Virus record (IMG/VR): IMGVR_UViG_3300021957_000041
Span: 1-58,687 of that record
DNA from: a virus
Lineage: Duplodnaviria; Caudoviricetes
Strand: one strand, 5' to 3'
Length of the DNA: 58,687 nt
Shown in pieces: positions 39,933 through 49,809 of this stretch; position 1 is the stretch's first letter; each line of letters begins with the position of its first letter. A program made the translations under genes and the position numbers. The notes below the pieces were generated by a model, which saw nothing but the letters and a program-made list of their open reading frames with translations, was not told the DNA's origin and did no database searches.

Positions 39933-41405
39933 TTATAAATCTTCTGTACCGGAAACAGAGATTTTTCCGTAGAATTCAGGACGAACCATCTTCTTAGCAT
40001 AACGAGTCATTACTCCACGACGTGGTGTGAAGTTAACTGGATCGTATACCAAAGGAGTTTGGATCAACGGAATGTACGGAGCATAAACTGCACCTGTTTC
40101 AAGGAAGTTTGTTCCACGGAATCCGATAAGAACGTCACCACTTGTCATGTATGGGTTCTTATAGACTTGGAAACGATTGTTCAATGCACCAACCTTGGTA
40201 ACACCCATTGCGAACTGAGACTGATTTCCGTCTGTGTCAGCTGCGTATCCTGGGATACTTTCAAGAACGGTAGCAACTTGTGGAGAACAAACCAAGAAGT
40301 TTGCACCACCACGAAGAGTCAATTGATGAATTGTGTTACTCACCTTTTGAATCTTTGTACCGAGACGTTGGAAGTATGTTCCTTGTGTGTCTCCGTCTCC
40401 ACCAAAACCACCTGCTGGTGTTGCGTCAAAGTCACCTCCGTTTGTGTGTGCGTTAACGATAAGCATATCGAGAATTTCCAAATCAATTTCCATTGAAACG
40501 TACTCAGAAAGAAGAGAAGTCAATTCTGCTTCTGCATCAATACTATGATATGCGTTAAGGTCTTGTGCCAACTCTGGTGTCCAAACTGCTTTCAACTTAC
40601 GTGTCTTTGCAACGATTGGTTCACTTTTGAGTTCCAAGTTAACTTCTGGAATACCGACATCCTTTTGAAGACCTGTGTCAGCTGCGTCAGTAGAGTCACC
40701 GAGATTATCTTCAAAGTCACCACGATTTTCAGCAACAGTTTGAACATGATATGCAAGATCGGCTGCACCGTCAACTGCGGTTGTAAGTGCGTCAGAACCT
40801 GATACACCTGTTACAACTGCTGGATCACCGTTTGAGTCAACTGCATCAAGACTGAATGCACGTACACCTTCTGCGTCTGCACCTGTTGGAAGTGCGAACT
40901 TACCAGATGCGACTGTTACGGAAACAGACTTGTCGTTGATTGAGTAACCATGACGTCCTGCTCCGTATAGACCACCTTCTGCTTTGTCGGTTGAACCGAG
41001 TTTTGCGTTTGATGTTCCACCGAAAAGACTTCCGTCTTTTCCTTGAAGTGATTGATTTGTTCCATACTTAAAGTCTAAGTAGAAAATCAATCCGGATGGA
41101 AGATTCATTGGTTGAACCGAAACAAATTCCTTTGATGCGATTTCTGCAAACACACGACGTACCAAAGGAAGTGCTACTCCACTCCATTCTTCGTTACCTC
41201 CACCTGTACCGGTGCGTGATGATTCATCGATCAACTGCTTTGCTTGGTTTTCTAAAAGAATGGACATACCACTCTTTTCGGTATCAGTTGTGATACCTTC
41301 TAAAAGTCCAGTTTTTTCCCACTTAGAGACAAGACCACGAGTTTCCTGCATGAGTCTAGCTTGAGGATTCTGACTTTCACTTAACAATTTACTAATTTCG
41401 CTCAT
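39933..41405 (-). CDS. Major capsid protein (T4 gp23-like)
   Basis: LPLVRRVF, VSVQPMNLPSGLIF, AKTRKLKAVWTPELAQDLNAYH, EIDLEIL, YAPYIPL and PRRGVMTRYA. Confidence 0.97.
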   Translation of the reverse strand: MSEISKLLSESQNPQARLMQETRGLVSKWEKTGLLEGITTDTEKSGMSILLENQAKQLIDESSRTGTGGGNEEWSGVALPLVRRVFAEIASKEFVSVQPMNLPSGLIFYLDFKYGTNQSLQGKDGSLFGGTSNAKLGSTDKAEGGLYGAGRHGYSINDKSVSVTVASGKFALPTGADAEGVRAFSLDAVDSNGDPAVVTGVSGSDALTTAVDGAADLAYHVQTVAENRGDFEDNLGDSTDAADTGLQKDVGIPEVNLELKSEPIVAKTRKLKAVWTPELAQDLNAYHSIDAEAELTSLLSEYVSMEIDLEILDMLIVNAHTNGGDFDATPAGGFGGDGDTQGTYFQRLGTKIQKVSNTIHQLTLRGGANFLVCSPQVATVLESIPGYAADTDGNQSQFAMGVTKVGALNNRFQVYKNPYMTSGDVLIGFRGTNFLETGAVYAPYIPLIQTPLVYDPVNFTPRRGVMTRYAKKMVRPEFYGKISVSGTEDL

Positions 41406-41439
41406 TGTATATTTTCCTTTTTAATTTGTGATTATTTGA

Positions 41440-42717
41440 TCAAACAATTCCTGCTAGTTTCTTAAAACGATTTGCGAGTTGATCGCCCTCCGTTAAAATC
41501 TGCTTGGATGGTTTTGTTGATTTGATTGCTTTAGATGCCATTCCTTCTGACAATGACTTCTTTTCAGTCTTTGGTGCTTTTGGAGTTTCCTCTTTAACCT
41601 CGACTTGCTGAGAAGTTGTTGTTCTGAAAGATTCACCTAATGTTGCGTAAACGAGTTTTGCTTCACGAACATTCTTCGTAAGGTCAAAACTTTCTACTAC
41701 TTTAAGTTTTTGATCTTCTGTTAATACGTGTGCCTTAAACAATTTGTTTGTGTAAAGCAATTTAGCATTAAGAAGATTAACTTCGTTCAACTTACCACGC
41801 AAATACTTGTAAACTTTGCGGTATTCTTCATTTTCTGTTTGAAGCTTATTGTTTGTTGCCTTTAATTCCTCAATTTCCGAAGATGATTCTTCATCTTCTA
41901 AAGATGACTCTTCTTCAAGTTCCTTAAGAATTTCTTCAAGATTAACTTCTTCATCTTCTTCAGATGAATCATCATCACTATCAGATGCTTCTTCGGACTC
42001 ATTTGTTGGAAACGCAAGTTCTTCATCAGACTCCGTTGCAGTTGGTTCATCAGACTCATCACCAGCATTTGCTTCTTCATCAACGATTTCAATATCAATT
42101 TCTTCGTCAATTTCCGCAACCTTTGGCATTTCGTCATCTTCGTTTCCAACTTCAGCACTTTGAACTTCGGTATCATCTGGTAATTCTTCGTCATCACTAT
42201 CAGCAATGTTTACGTGTTCTTCACCTTTAATACCTAATTCTGATGAATCGGATTGTTCTTCAACCGCCTCGACATCATCTTCTTCGGATTCTTCAGCATC
42301 ACCTTCTTCTTCTTCTGTTGTCAATTCACTTTCAAGTTCTGCGATGATTGAATCTAAGTCAAAAGAATCTTCTTCGATATCTTCTTCGTCTTCAACTTCA
42401 TCTTCAACTTCAACTTCATCTTCAACTGAATCTTCAGCAGGTGCTTCTTCTTCAGCATCTACGACATCAAGTTCGTCTTCAGCTGGTGCTTCCTCTTCGT
42501 CGTCTTCATGGTATGAACCTTCTTCGACTTCATCAGAAACCTCAACTTCATCTTCAGCACTATCTTCTAACTCAACCTCTTCTTCACGAAGTTTCTTGGT
42601 AAGCATACTTTGCAATCTAGGTGCAAATGCTTCTTCAAGAGCAAGGCGTGCGTTAGCAAGTGCAGTTTCACGAACTGCTTTCGCATCAGCAATAGCTTCT
42701 TTTAATAATTTACTCAT
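41440..42717 (-). CDS. Prohead scaffold/core protein (gp22-like)
   Basis: Highly acidic protein directly upstream of the capsid gene, with LNEVNLLNAKLLY and terminal RFKKLAGI. Confidence 0.85.
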   Translation of the reverse strand: MSKLLKEAIADAKAVRETALANARLALEEAFAPRLQSMLTKKLREEEVELEDSAEDEVEVSDEVEEGSYHEDDEEEAPAEDELDVVDAEEEAPAEDSVEDEVEVEDEVEDEEDIEEDSFDLDSIIAELESELTTEEEEGDAEESEEDDVEAVEEQSDSSELGIKGEEHVNIADSDDEELPDDTEVQSAEVGNEDDEMPKVAEIDEEIDIEIVDEEANAGDESDEPTATESDEELAFPTNESEEASDSDDDSSEEDEEVNLEEILKELEEESSLEDEESSSEIEELKATNNKLQTENEEYRKVYKYLRGKLNEVNLLNAKLLYTNKLFKAHVLTEDQKLKVVESFDLTKNVREAKLVYATLGESFRTTTSQQVEVKEETPKAPKTEKKSLSEGMASKAIKSTKPSKQILTEGDQLANRFKKLAGIV

Positions 42718-42860
42718 GTGTTATGTTTTCCTATTTTTCTAAAGTCATTGTGGACTTTAATGTAATCTTGAAACCTTTGTTGTTTCCAATAAATGTGGAA
42801 GCATTTTGATAGATAAATATATACTTAAATACAAAAATATTAAAAAAAAGAAATTATTAT

Positions 42861-42891
42861 AAAAAAAAAGAGTGGTAAACCACTCTTTTTT
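42861..42891. terminator. Intrinsic terminator
   Basis: AAAAAAGAGTGG-TAAA-CCACTCTTTTTT. Confidence 0.85.
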
Positions 42892-42918
42892 AAGTTTTTT
42901 TAAATTATTTTAAAAATA

Positions 42919-43698
42919 TTAAAGAACTTTACGATTTCCTAAAATTCTATCTAACTTTTCAGATAATGTTATTTTTGACCAGTTTTCACGAACTTTATAG
43001 GTTTTACCACCCACTTCAAATTCAGTTTCACCTGATTCTTTTGCTTTTGCTACTGCGTCTCCAAATGCGTTACCTTCTTCTACATCTTCATCGTCTTCAT
43101 CGCAAGTTTCACACACAGTCTCTTCAAGTTCGTCTTCATCTTCACCTGTAAATTCTTCTGTGTCTTCTACTTCCTCTGTAACTTTTTCTTTGAGTTGGTA
43201 TGTTTTTCCCCCTACTTGAAATTCAGAGTCACCATTTTCACGAGCAGCCTTTACTGCAGCCCCAAATGCGTTTCCTTCTGAAATTGATTCATCAACATCT
43301 TCTTCTTTTTCGTCTTCGTCAGATGAATCATCGGAATTACCTTGTTTCTTTAAAATTGCTTTTTTAAGAGGTTCAGGAAGTTTCTCTTGTGCTTTAGTAA
43401 GACCTTCTTCTACATCTTCTTTTTCGTCTTCGTCTTCATCAGATGAATCATCGGAATTACCTTGCTTCTTTAAAATTGCTTTCTTGAGTGGTTCAGGAAG
43501 TTTTTCCTGTGCTTTAGTAAGACCTTCTTCTACATCTTCTTTTTCTTCGGAATCGTCGGAATTTCCTTGTTTTTTAAGAATTGCCTTCTTGAGTGGCTCA
43601 GGAAGTTTTTCTTGTGCTTTGGTAAGTCCTTCAAAAAGTCCCATTTCATCTGCGACTTCTTTGATAATATCTCTAAGTTCTTGTTTTGTGAGTTTCAT
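42919..43698 (-). CDS. Repeat-containing putative capsid-internal protein (probable start MKLTKQ)
   Basis: Three copies of EGLTKAQEKLPEPLKKAILKKQGNSDDS and two of EGNAFGxAVxxAxExGxxEFxVGGKTY, separated by acidic linkers. Confidence 0.75.
   Translation of the reverse strand: MKLTKQELRDIIKEVADEMGLFEGLTKAQEKLPEPLKKAILKKQGNSDDSEEKEDVEEGLTKAQEKLPEPLKKAILKKQGNSDDSSDEDEDEKEDVEEGLTKAQEKLPEPLKKAILKKQGNSDDSSDEDEKEEDVDESISEGNAFGAAVKAARENGDSEFQVGGKTYQLKEKVTEEVEDTEEFTGEDEDELEETVCETCDEDDEDVEEGNAFGDAVAKAKESGETEFEVGGKTYKVRENWSKITLSEKLDRILGNRKVL
43320..43632 (-). repeat. Three coding tandem repeats (periods 120 and 105 nt)
   Basis: Lines 43321-43440 and 43441-43560 are near-identical. Differences in the core fall at synonymous positions. 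Confidence 0.9.
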
Positions 43699-43711
43699 TT
43701 TATTAAGTTCC

Positions 43712-44443
43712 TTATAAAAACATTTGGTGTCCTGATTGTATTCTTTGCATATTTTCAAATGCACTACCTGTTGAAAATGACTTTTTGCCACATTCAGTTT
43801 TAGGTTCTATTTTTTCGTTAGTTGTGGTGTTTCGGTTTTTAAAAAATCGGTTTGATATTAATTGAATTGCATACTTGTGTTCAGATTCTGTTAATTCAAT
43901 TGATTCTTCAACAAATACTTCGCACGATTGTTTGATCAAGTATTCAAATAAACGTGTAAATTGAGTTTTATCATAAAGTTGTTCATTTACGTGAGTTTCT
44001 ATTTGCTCAAAAACTAAATTAGTTTTTTCTTCATAAAAAGATTCGTTTGTGAAAATGAAGTCTACGAGGTGTTCAATATTACTCACATCTACTTCGGCCA
44101 AAACTTGATCGTTTGTTCCACATATTCTAGCAAGTTGCTCACGTGCAGACATAGAAGTTTCCATTAGTTCACCATAAAACTCAGGATTTGGTTGAAATTC
44201 ATACGAAGTCATTTCGTCTAAATAGTGACCACCGAAATAAGAATCTTCAGACATTGTAAACTTTAAATTATTAGTGGAAGCAAATTCATTAATATCTTTA
44301 ACGGTTCCTTCACATACACATTCACGTTTAATGCCACTAAAACTTATTGTCTTTTTTAGCAACTTACCTTCTACGGTTGGTTTCGTATTAAGTTTTTCAA
44401 GTAAAACTTTTCTAACGAATGTTTTAAGTTTATTGCGGTTCAT
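43712..44443 (-). CDS. Hypothetical protein (243 aa), head module
   Basis: ORF with AGGAG RBS and N-terminal KLKTFVRKVLLE helix. Confidence 0.7.
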   Translation of the reverse strand: MNRNKLKTFVRKVLLEKLNTKPTVEGKLLKKTISFSGIKRECVCEGTVKDINEFASTNNLKFTMSEDSYFGGHYLDEMTSYEFQPNPEFYGELMETSMSAREQLARICGTNDQVLAEVDVSNIEHLVDFIFTNESFYEEKTNLVFEQIETHVNEQLYDKTQFTRLFEYLIKQSCEVFVEESIELTESEHKYAIQLISNRFFKNRNTTTNEKIEPKTECGKKSFSTGSAFENMQRIQSGHQMFL

Positions 44444-44894
44444 TTGTGTCTTCTCCTTTTATTTCAAAATATCTATTAAGAATATTACCCATATCTTCGT
44501 AAAGACTTTGCATTCTTTGTGTGTAAACTTGACGTTCCTTTGCAGTCTTATAAAAGTCTTTTGCAAGAGTTTTTATTTCTTTTAAATTTCGTTTCACACT
44601 TATTCCATCGAACCAATCATCTGTTTCGTTCAAAATACAGTGAGACGCATTTTCAACGATATTACAAATATCTTCCGCAACATCCAGGTCTCTTGCTTCT
44701 AAAGCAATGAATCTTTGATACTTTCCAAATTTAGATATTTTTTCGGAAGCAAGTTTTTTTTGCTCAGTTGATAACCCTTCATCTGAAAATTTATCAGTTT
44801 TTGGATCATACTCTTTTAGCAATTCTTTTTCTTCGTTAAGAACTTCAAGGATTGCTTCTTTTAAAACTCGTTTTATACTAGAATTTTTGCTCAT
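44430..44894 (-). CDS. Hypothetical head-module protein (probable start MSKNS)
   Basis: AGGAGA upstream of 44894. Contains ETDDWFDGISVKRNLKE and LYEDMGNILNRYFEI. Confidence 0.75.
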   Translation of the reverse strand: MSKNSSIKRVLKEAILEVLNEEKELLKEYDPKTDKFSDEGLSTEQKKLASEKISKFGKYQRFIALEARDLDVAEDICNIVENASHCILNETDDWFDGISVKRNLKEIKTLAKDFYKTAKERQVYTQRMQSLYEDMGNILNRYFEIKGEDTNEPQ

Positions 44895-45523
44895 TTTGAG
44901 TCTCCTATTTCTCCTAATATTTCGTGAATAATTCCTTCTACCTTGCAGTATTGTGTGCATACACGACCATTTGTAATTACTTTTTTGTCAGATGAAACTG
45001 ATTCATTTAAATTCACAGGTTCAAGAAATGCACCACGTGTAGATGGATTGCTTACAAAGTCAAACGCAACCAATTCAAAATCATCATTTACTAAGGTCTT
45101 TCCTTCGTGTTCACGGGTTGTTCCCATTCCACGAGAACTAATTCCAAGTGTAATTCCACTTTTAAAAAGTTCTTTTAAAATGTTTCCAGATGGTGTACCA
45201 AGTACCTCAACTTTTCCAAGTAAACTATCACCTTCCCACCACATCTTAGTAACATTATGACTTACATTCTGTAAATTAACAACACTACTTTCTGGGTGAT
45301 CAAGTTCACCTAGAGCTCTTCTATCACTTATTAACTCGTTGTACTTAGTTGCTTCACGTTCAAGTAATGATCGTTCATATACACGACCATTTTGATTTTG
45401 TTCTGATGCTTTTTGTAGAATACCTTGAACAATTAGACGTCCTGAATTTTTTTCTATACTTTCGTTTATCTGCTCAGGAGTGAATTCAAACGGCATTGTA
45501 GTAACTAATAATTTTTTTCCCAT
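44891..45523 (-). CDS. Prohead protease (gp21-like)
   Basis: NQNGRVY, ALGELDHP, VSH, LGTPSG, GISSRGMG and DFVSNPS. Confidence 0.95.
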   Translation of the reverse strand: MGKKLLVTTMPFEFTPEQINESIEKNSGRLIVQGILQKASEQNQNGRVYERSLLEREATKYNELISDRRALGELDHPESSVVNLQNVSHNVTKMWWEGDSLLGKVEVLGTPSGNILKELFKSGITLGISSRGMGTTREHEGKTLVNDDFELVAFDFVSNPSTRGAFLEPVNLNESVSSDKKVITNGRVCTQYCKVEGIIHEILGEIGDSK

Positions 45524-45576
45524 ATTATTAAATAAGTATATACATATTTTTTATTTATTAGAGTTTTTCTAAGGAA

Positions 45577-46467
45577 TTATCTAATCAATGTTTCGTATTC
45601 TTTCTTTAAAATTCTATCAGAATGTCTTATCAAACCTTTAAATGTATCAACTACTTCTTTTAAATCATAATCATCACCAAGATCGAACTTGTATATATCC
45701 GACTTTAAATAGAAATTTTGGTCAAATTCAATTGTGTGTGATCTTCCATTAGTTTCTATTGTAAATCCACTTTCCGATCCTTCTATCTTATCAAAATTTT
45801 CTTCAGCAAGTAAAATGCTTAAATGATTTAGTGTATCATGATATTCGTCAGTTGGAACTTTTTCAGGAAGATCATCATGGTTAGTTTTTGCAAGTTTTTT
45901 TGTATCTTTATCAGTCATTCCATTTGCAATCTTTTTTATCTTAGAGTACAAATCTGCGTCTACATCTCTTTTTTTCAACTCCCCTTTGTTGTATGCGTGT
46001 ACCATTCCAAATAATCTTTGTTGTGATTTTGATTTTGCGTCCTCGTTTACTTCCTCGTCTTCTTCGTCTTCGTCTTCTTCGTCGTCAGGTTCGGGGTCTG
46101 GTTTAGCAACAGGTTGTTGCTTTGGTTCAGAGGATTGAGCAGTAGTTGAATCATCAGATGTGGTTGGTTCTGCATCATCAGACTTTGTAATTGGTCCTGT
46201 CTTTTTTAATTCCAATTCATCGGGTTCTGCTTTATCAGCAAAGCTTCCAATATCATCTATACCAAGTTCAATCATAGAAACTGCTATTTTTGACTTTTTA
46301 ATTAACCCAACAATCTCCGACCAATGTTCAGCAGGAAGTTTTTTTCCTTCGGAAGATTTTGATAAATTTTTTGCGGCCAGTGCAAATTTCTTAATACAAT
46401 GTTTAAAATCGTTTAAAACAGGATCATTTTCTTCTTTATCTTCTAAATCTTTAAAGTCAATATTCAT
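45577..46467 (-). CDS. Hypothetical protein with a DUF3008-like segment
   Basis: AKSKSQQRLFGMVHA...AKTNHDDLPEKV follows an acidic linker ending VNE. Confidence 0.65.
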   Translation of the reverse strand: MNIDFKDLEDKEENDPVLNDFKHCIKKFALAAKNLSKSSEGKKLPAEHWSEIVGLIKKSKIAVSMIELGIDDIGSFADKAEPDELELKKTGPITKSDDAEPTTSDDSTTAQSSEPKQQPVAKPDPEPDDEEDEDEEDEEVNEDAKSKSQQRLFGMVHAYNKGELKKRDVDADLYSKIKKIANGMTDKDTKKLAKTNHDDLPEKVPTDEYHDTLNHLSILLAEENFDKIEGSESGFTIETNGRSHTIEFDQNFYLKSDIYKFDLGDDYDLKEVVDTFKGLIRHSDRILKKEYETLIR

Positions 46468-46955
46468 TACTTTAATTCTTTAAGTTTACGATTTATTTTT
46501 TGTATTTTTTCTTCTAATTTTAAAAGATACTTACGTGTAGTCTTCCAATAAGAATTACTTGATACACTATTTTCTGTTTTAAATTTTGATGCAACATTTA
46601 AAAATTTTTCAACTTCGGATAAGTTTTTATTAACTTGCCTCATAGTTACACCTATTTTTTGCTTTGGTGTTAAATCAGGATGATCACGAAATAAATGATA
46701 TAGACTACGACCTTCATTCAATTTTACCGTATTGCTTTTTTTATTTTCTGTGGACTTGTAATCAAATACTTCCGCTTTATCTTTTATGCGTTTTTTATGC
46801 TCATCTTCGTCTGTGCCTGCAAACGCATGAGGAGTTTGATAACCTTCAATGTTACCCGTTGTATTTATTTCAAAAATGTCGGAATCTTCGTCCGAAACCA
46901 TTTCTTCTAAAACTGAACGAATTAACTGCTTTAGTTTATTTCGTTGGTTGCTCAT
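46467..46955 (-). CDS. Hypothetical head-module protein (probable start MSNQR)
   Basis: EINTTGNIEGYQTPHAF and YWKTT. N-terminal KLKQLIRSVLEE. Confidence 0.7.
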   Translation of the reverse strand: MSNQRNKLKQLIRSVLEEMVSDEDSDIFEINTTGNIEGYQTPHAFAGTDEDEHKKRIKDKAEVFDYKSTENKKSNTVKLNEGRSLYHLFRDHPDLTPKQKIGVTMRQVNKNLSEVEKFLNVASKFKTENSVSSNSYWKTTRKYLLKLEEKIQKINRKLKELK

Positions 46956-47802
46956 TCTTTTCAAGTTCCTTTATCAATTCATACGACATTAATACAGCAG
47001 AAACTTGTGAATCTTTTACCACACGACCTTCTTTGACTTTATTGAGTTGTGTAGTTACCTCTTTAAGTTTAATTTTAACTACATCATCATCAACATTGGT
47101 ACTCAATTTATTAATTTTAGTCTTGATTACAGGAAGTTGTTCGTTGATATATTCTCTTAAACTATTTGTATTTGAAATGTTATTGATATAGTTCTTGAGT
47201 AATAACTTTTGATCTTCATTAAGTTCACTATATTTTTCATTAAATCTGTCTACTAATAATTTATATGAAATAAGTCTTAAATCTTCATTATGTTGAGCAT
47301 AATCTTCAAGTTGACCAAGTTCGTTATTAACAACTTTGGTTCTACACAACCCACCTACAATCGTGTGTTTGGATTCAACCAATTCACGAGGATCACAAAA
47401 TACATCGTTTTTACTTCCCTCAAAAAGTTTATAGATGCTTGCGTATGTTTTGTAGTTTCTTATTTTAGAACGGAAAAAATCATCAATTGGATACACATCT
47501 TTCATTTCTTTAACTAATTCATAACGAAGACGAGATAAAACTTTACTATCAAGTTTCTTATGCTCAGTTACAACCGCATCTACGAGTTTATATGCAGAAC
47601 CTTCGGTTTTGGATGTTTCTTCAAGTAATACTTGGTACAAACGTTGTTCTTTTCCCAAATCAGTATCTTCAGCAAAGTATTTTTTTACCAACTTATTGGC
47701 AGGAGATTCACTACTATCAAGTATATCAGCAGTAATTTGTCTGATGAGTAACTCAAACAGAATTCCTGTGTTTTTAAACTTACTGTGCTTTAATTTTTTC
47801 AC
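46936..47802 (-). CDS. Hypothetical protein downstream of portal (288 aa)
   Basis: KHSKFKNTGILFELL, YKTYASIYKLFE and FNEKYSEL. GTG start with two TATTTAT motifs upstream (47837-47855). Confidence 0.8.
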   Translation of the reverse strand: MKKLKHSKFKNTGILFELLIRQITADILDSSESPANKLVKKYFAEDTDLGKEQRLYQVLLEETSKTEGSAYKLVDAVVTEHKKLDSKVLSRLRYELVKEMKDVYPIDDFFRSKIRNYKTYASIYKLFEGSKNDVFCDPRELVESKHTIVGGLCRTKVVNNELGQLEDYAQHNEDLRLISYKLLVDRFNEKYSELNEDQKLLLKNYINNISNTNSLREYINEQLPVIKTKINKLSTNVDDDVVKIKLKEVTTQLNKVKEGRVVKDSQVSAVLMSYELIKELEKNEQPTK

Positions 47803-47885
47803 GTGAAATTATTATCTAGATAAAATGTATACAAACATAAATATGGATATAAATATAATTATTGATTTTTTTCTTAAAATATTTG

Positions 47886-49742
47886 TTATTTTGATTCTTC
47901 TATTTTAGAGTTATCATCATTCATTATATCATTGAGTTCTTTTTTAAGATCTAGTTTTTCCTTAGACTCAGATATTATCTGCTTTTTCTTTTGAATTGGT
48001 TTATTTGAGTTTTTATTCAAAAATTTATCTAACCTTTGTAGATCAGACTCTAATTTAAGAGGACTTTCTGTCCATGATCTACCAGATACTTTTCTTTCAT
48101 CTCGGCCGAGTGGATCACGTCCCATAGGTCTATCATCGGGGTGATCGTACTCTTTGTCCGCATTTCTGCGTTTCTTTTCTTCTTTTTCTCGCTCTTTTAC
48201 TCTTGCCTTTTCTTCATCTGTCATGTTTTCAAACTTACCGAACCCCCAGGTCTCTTCACCACCTTCTTCAGAATCAGTAGCCGCATTAGGATCAGCGGGA
48301 TCAGTACCTTCATTTTGAATTGCTTCAAGACGATAAAATTCTTTCGCATCATCAACAAAGTTATTTCGTATTTCTTCTTGTTCGTCTTCAGATAAATTGA
48401 ATATATTATCATAAATCCACTCTTTAGAAAACATCTTAGCATCTACCATATCACGTGCAGTATTTAACTTCTCACTGAATATTCGTATACGTTCTTCTTC
48501 AAAAATAGTAGATGGATTAGTTAATTGAAGACTAAAATCTACAAGTTTTGCATCTGTATAACCTTGGGAGTATAAGTGTACGATTGCAATTTTGGTTAAT
48601 TCACTAATAACTATTCGTTGTACTCTTTCTATGGTTCTAGCAAATCTAATATCTTCCGCAGCCAGTGTTGCTTTACCCGTTATACTTTCATCGTATCCAA
48701 GAAATGCTTTGGGAACTTTAAGAGCAGCCATCATTTTATTCTTCAAATACTCAATGTCGTCTGTTCCATCGTAAGTCATTGCTCCAAGGTTTTCAATACG
48801 AGTACCACTATCACCACCACGAACTGGCATGAAGAAATCTTCAGTCATATTTTGAAGATTAAATTTAAGATTATAGTCACCAGTTTTTTCATCAACAAAA
48901 GGAACTTTTTTCATTTTATTGATTGCTTTTTGCATAAAATTATCAACTTCATTTGGTGGGATGTTACCAATATCAATATAAAACATTCGTTTTTCAGGTG
49001 CTCGCATAACACGATGAATAAGCATAGCATCTTCCATAAGTTGAAGTTGCTTCCAAGTTCTACGTGCAGGTTCTATTACACTTTTACCATAAGGAAGAAA
49101 GTTGCTATCCCCCAACATTCTAAAGTGAGCAATTTCATAATTTTCATATGTTTCATTGCTTGAACCTTCTTGTTTAAACATTACATAATTTGGTCTTTCT
49201 GGATCCAAATCTTCAATACGAGAAATTTCATAAGTAGAAATTGGTCTAACATTTAAAACTCCATATTCAGGTTGAATTTCTAAATTAAGATAAAAATCTC
49301 CGTATTTACACATATTACGAGTCCACCCCCACAAATTGAATTCTACATTAAGAATTTCATAAAAAAGATTTTCAAGAATTCCTTTAATATTTGAATCGTG
49401 ACTTGTAATACGAAGAACATCACCAAACTCACTACGAGTTGTACATTCATCTGCATATATGTCTAACGCACTTGCAATGATTGGATCATTTTCCATTGTA
49501 TCGTAGTCGGAAAATAATTCAAGTCTTGCAGTTTGAAATCCTATATTATTGTATTTACTTGCATAATCACTATACAAAGTGTGCATTCTTCCGTATCTAT
49601 CTTTAGTTTTAGAAGAATGTTGAATGTTATCAGTATCAACTACTTTAAGTTTTTTTCCACCAACATTGCGTACTACAACATCAGTAGAGAATAATCTTTT
49701 TAGTCCACGCAATAGTTTTTTGCTTCTTGTTTCGTCTGCCAT
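47886..49742 (-). CDS. Portal protein (gp20-like)
   Basis: ASALDIYADE, CKYGDFY, LPYGKS, LMEDAMLIHRVMRAPEKR, EDFFMPVRG, ALKVPKAFL and EDIRFARTI. Confidence 0.96.
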   Translation of the reverse strand: MADETRSKKLLRGLKRLFSTDVVVRNVGGKKLKVVDTDNIQHSSKTKDRYGRMHTLYSDYASKYNNIGFQTARLELFSDYDTMENDPIIASALDIYADECTTRSEFGDVLRITSHDSNIKGILENLFYEILNVEFNLWGWTRNMCKYGDFYLNLEIQPEYGVLNVRPISTYEISRIEDLDPERPNYVMFKQEGSSNETYENYEIAHFRMLGDSNFLPYGKSVIEPARRTWKQLQLMEDAMLIHRVMRAPEKRMFYIDIGNIPPNEVDNFMQKAINKMKKVPFVDEKTGDYNLKFNLQNMTEDFFMPVRGGDSGTRIENLGAMTYDGTDDIEYLKNKMMAALKVPKAFLGYDESITGKATLAAEDIRFARTIERVQRIVISELTKIAIVHLYSQGYTDAKLVDFSLQLTNPSTIFEEERIRIFSEKLNTARDMVDAKMFSKEWIYDNIFNLSEDEQEEIRNNFVDDAKEFYRLEAIQNEGTDPADPNAATDSEEGGEETWGFGKFENMTDEEKARVKEREKEEKKRRNADKEYDHPDDRPMGRDPLGRDERKVSGRSWTESPLKLESDLQRLDKFLNKNSNKPIQKKKQIISESKEKLDLKKELNDIMNDDNSKIEESK

Positions 49743-49769
49743 GATATAACCTTATAAATTAATTGATTG

Positions 49770-49798
49770 ATTGTAAAATATATACAACTTATTGTCAA
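49770..49798 (-). promoter_or_regulatory. sigma70-like promoter upstream of portal (TTGACA-17-TACAAT)
   Basis: Near-consensus hexamers at 17-nt spacing. Confidence 0.6.
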
Positions 49799-49809
49799 AC
49801 AAATATATA

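Noticed and set aside
43320-43632. Direct repeats that could be mistaken for a CRISPR array
   Set aside because: Units are 105-120 nt, in frame, vary synonymously, and have no unique spacers or cas genes. They are coding repeats.
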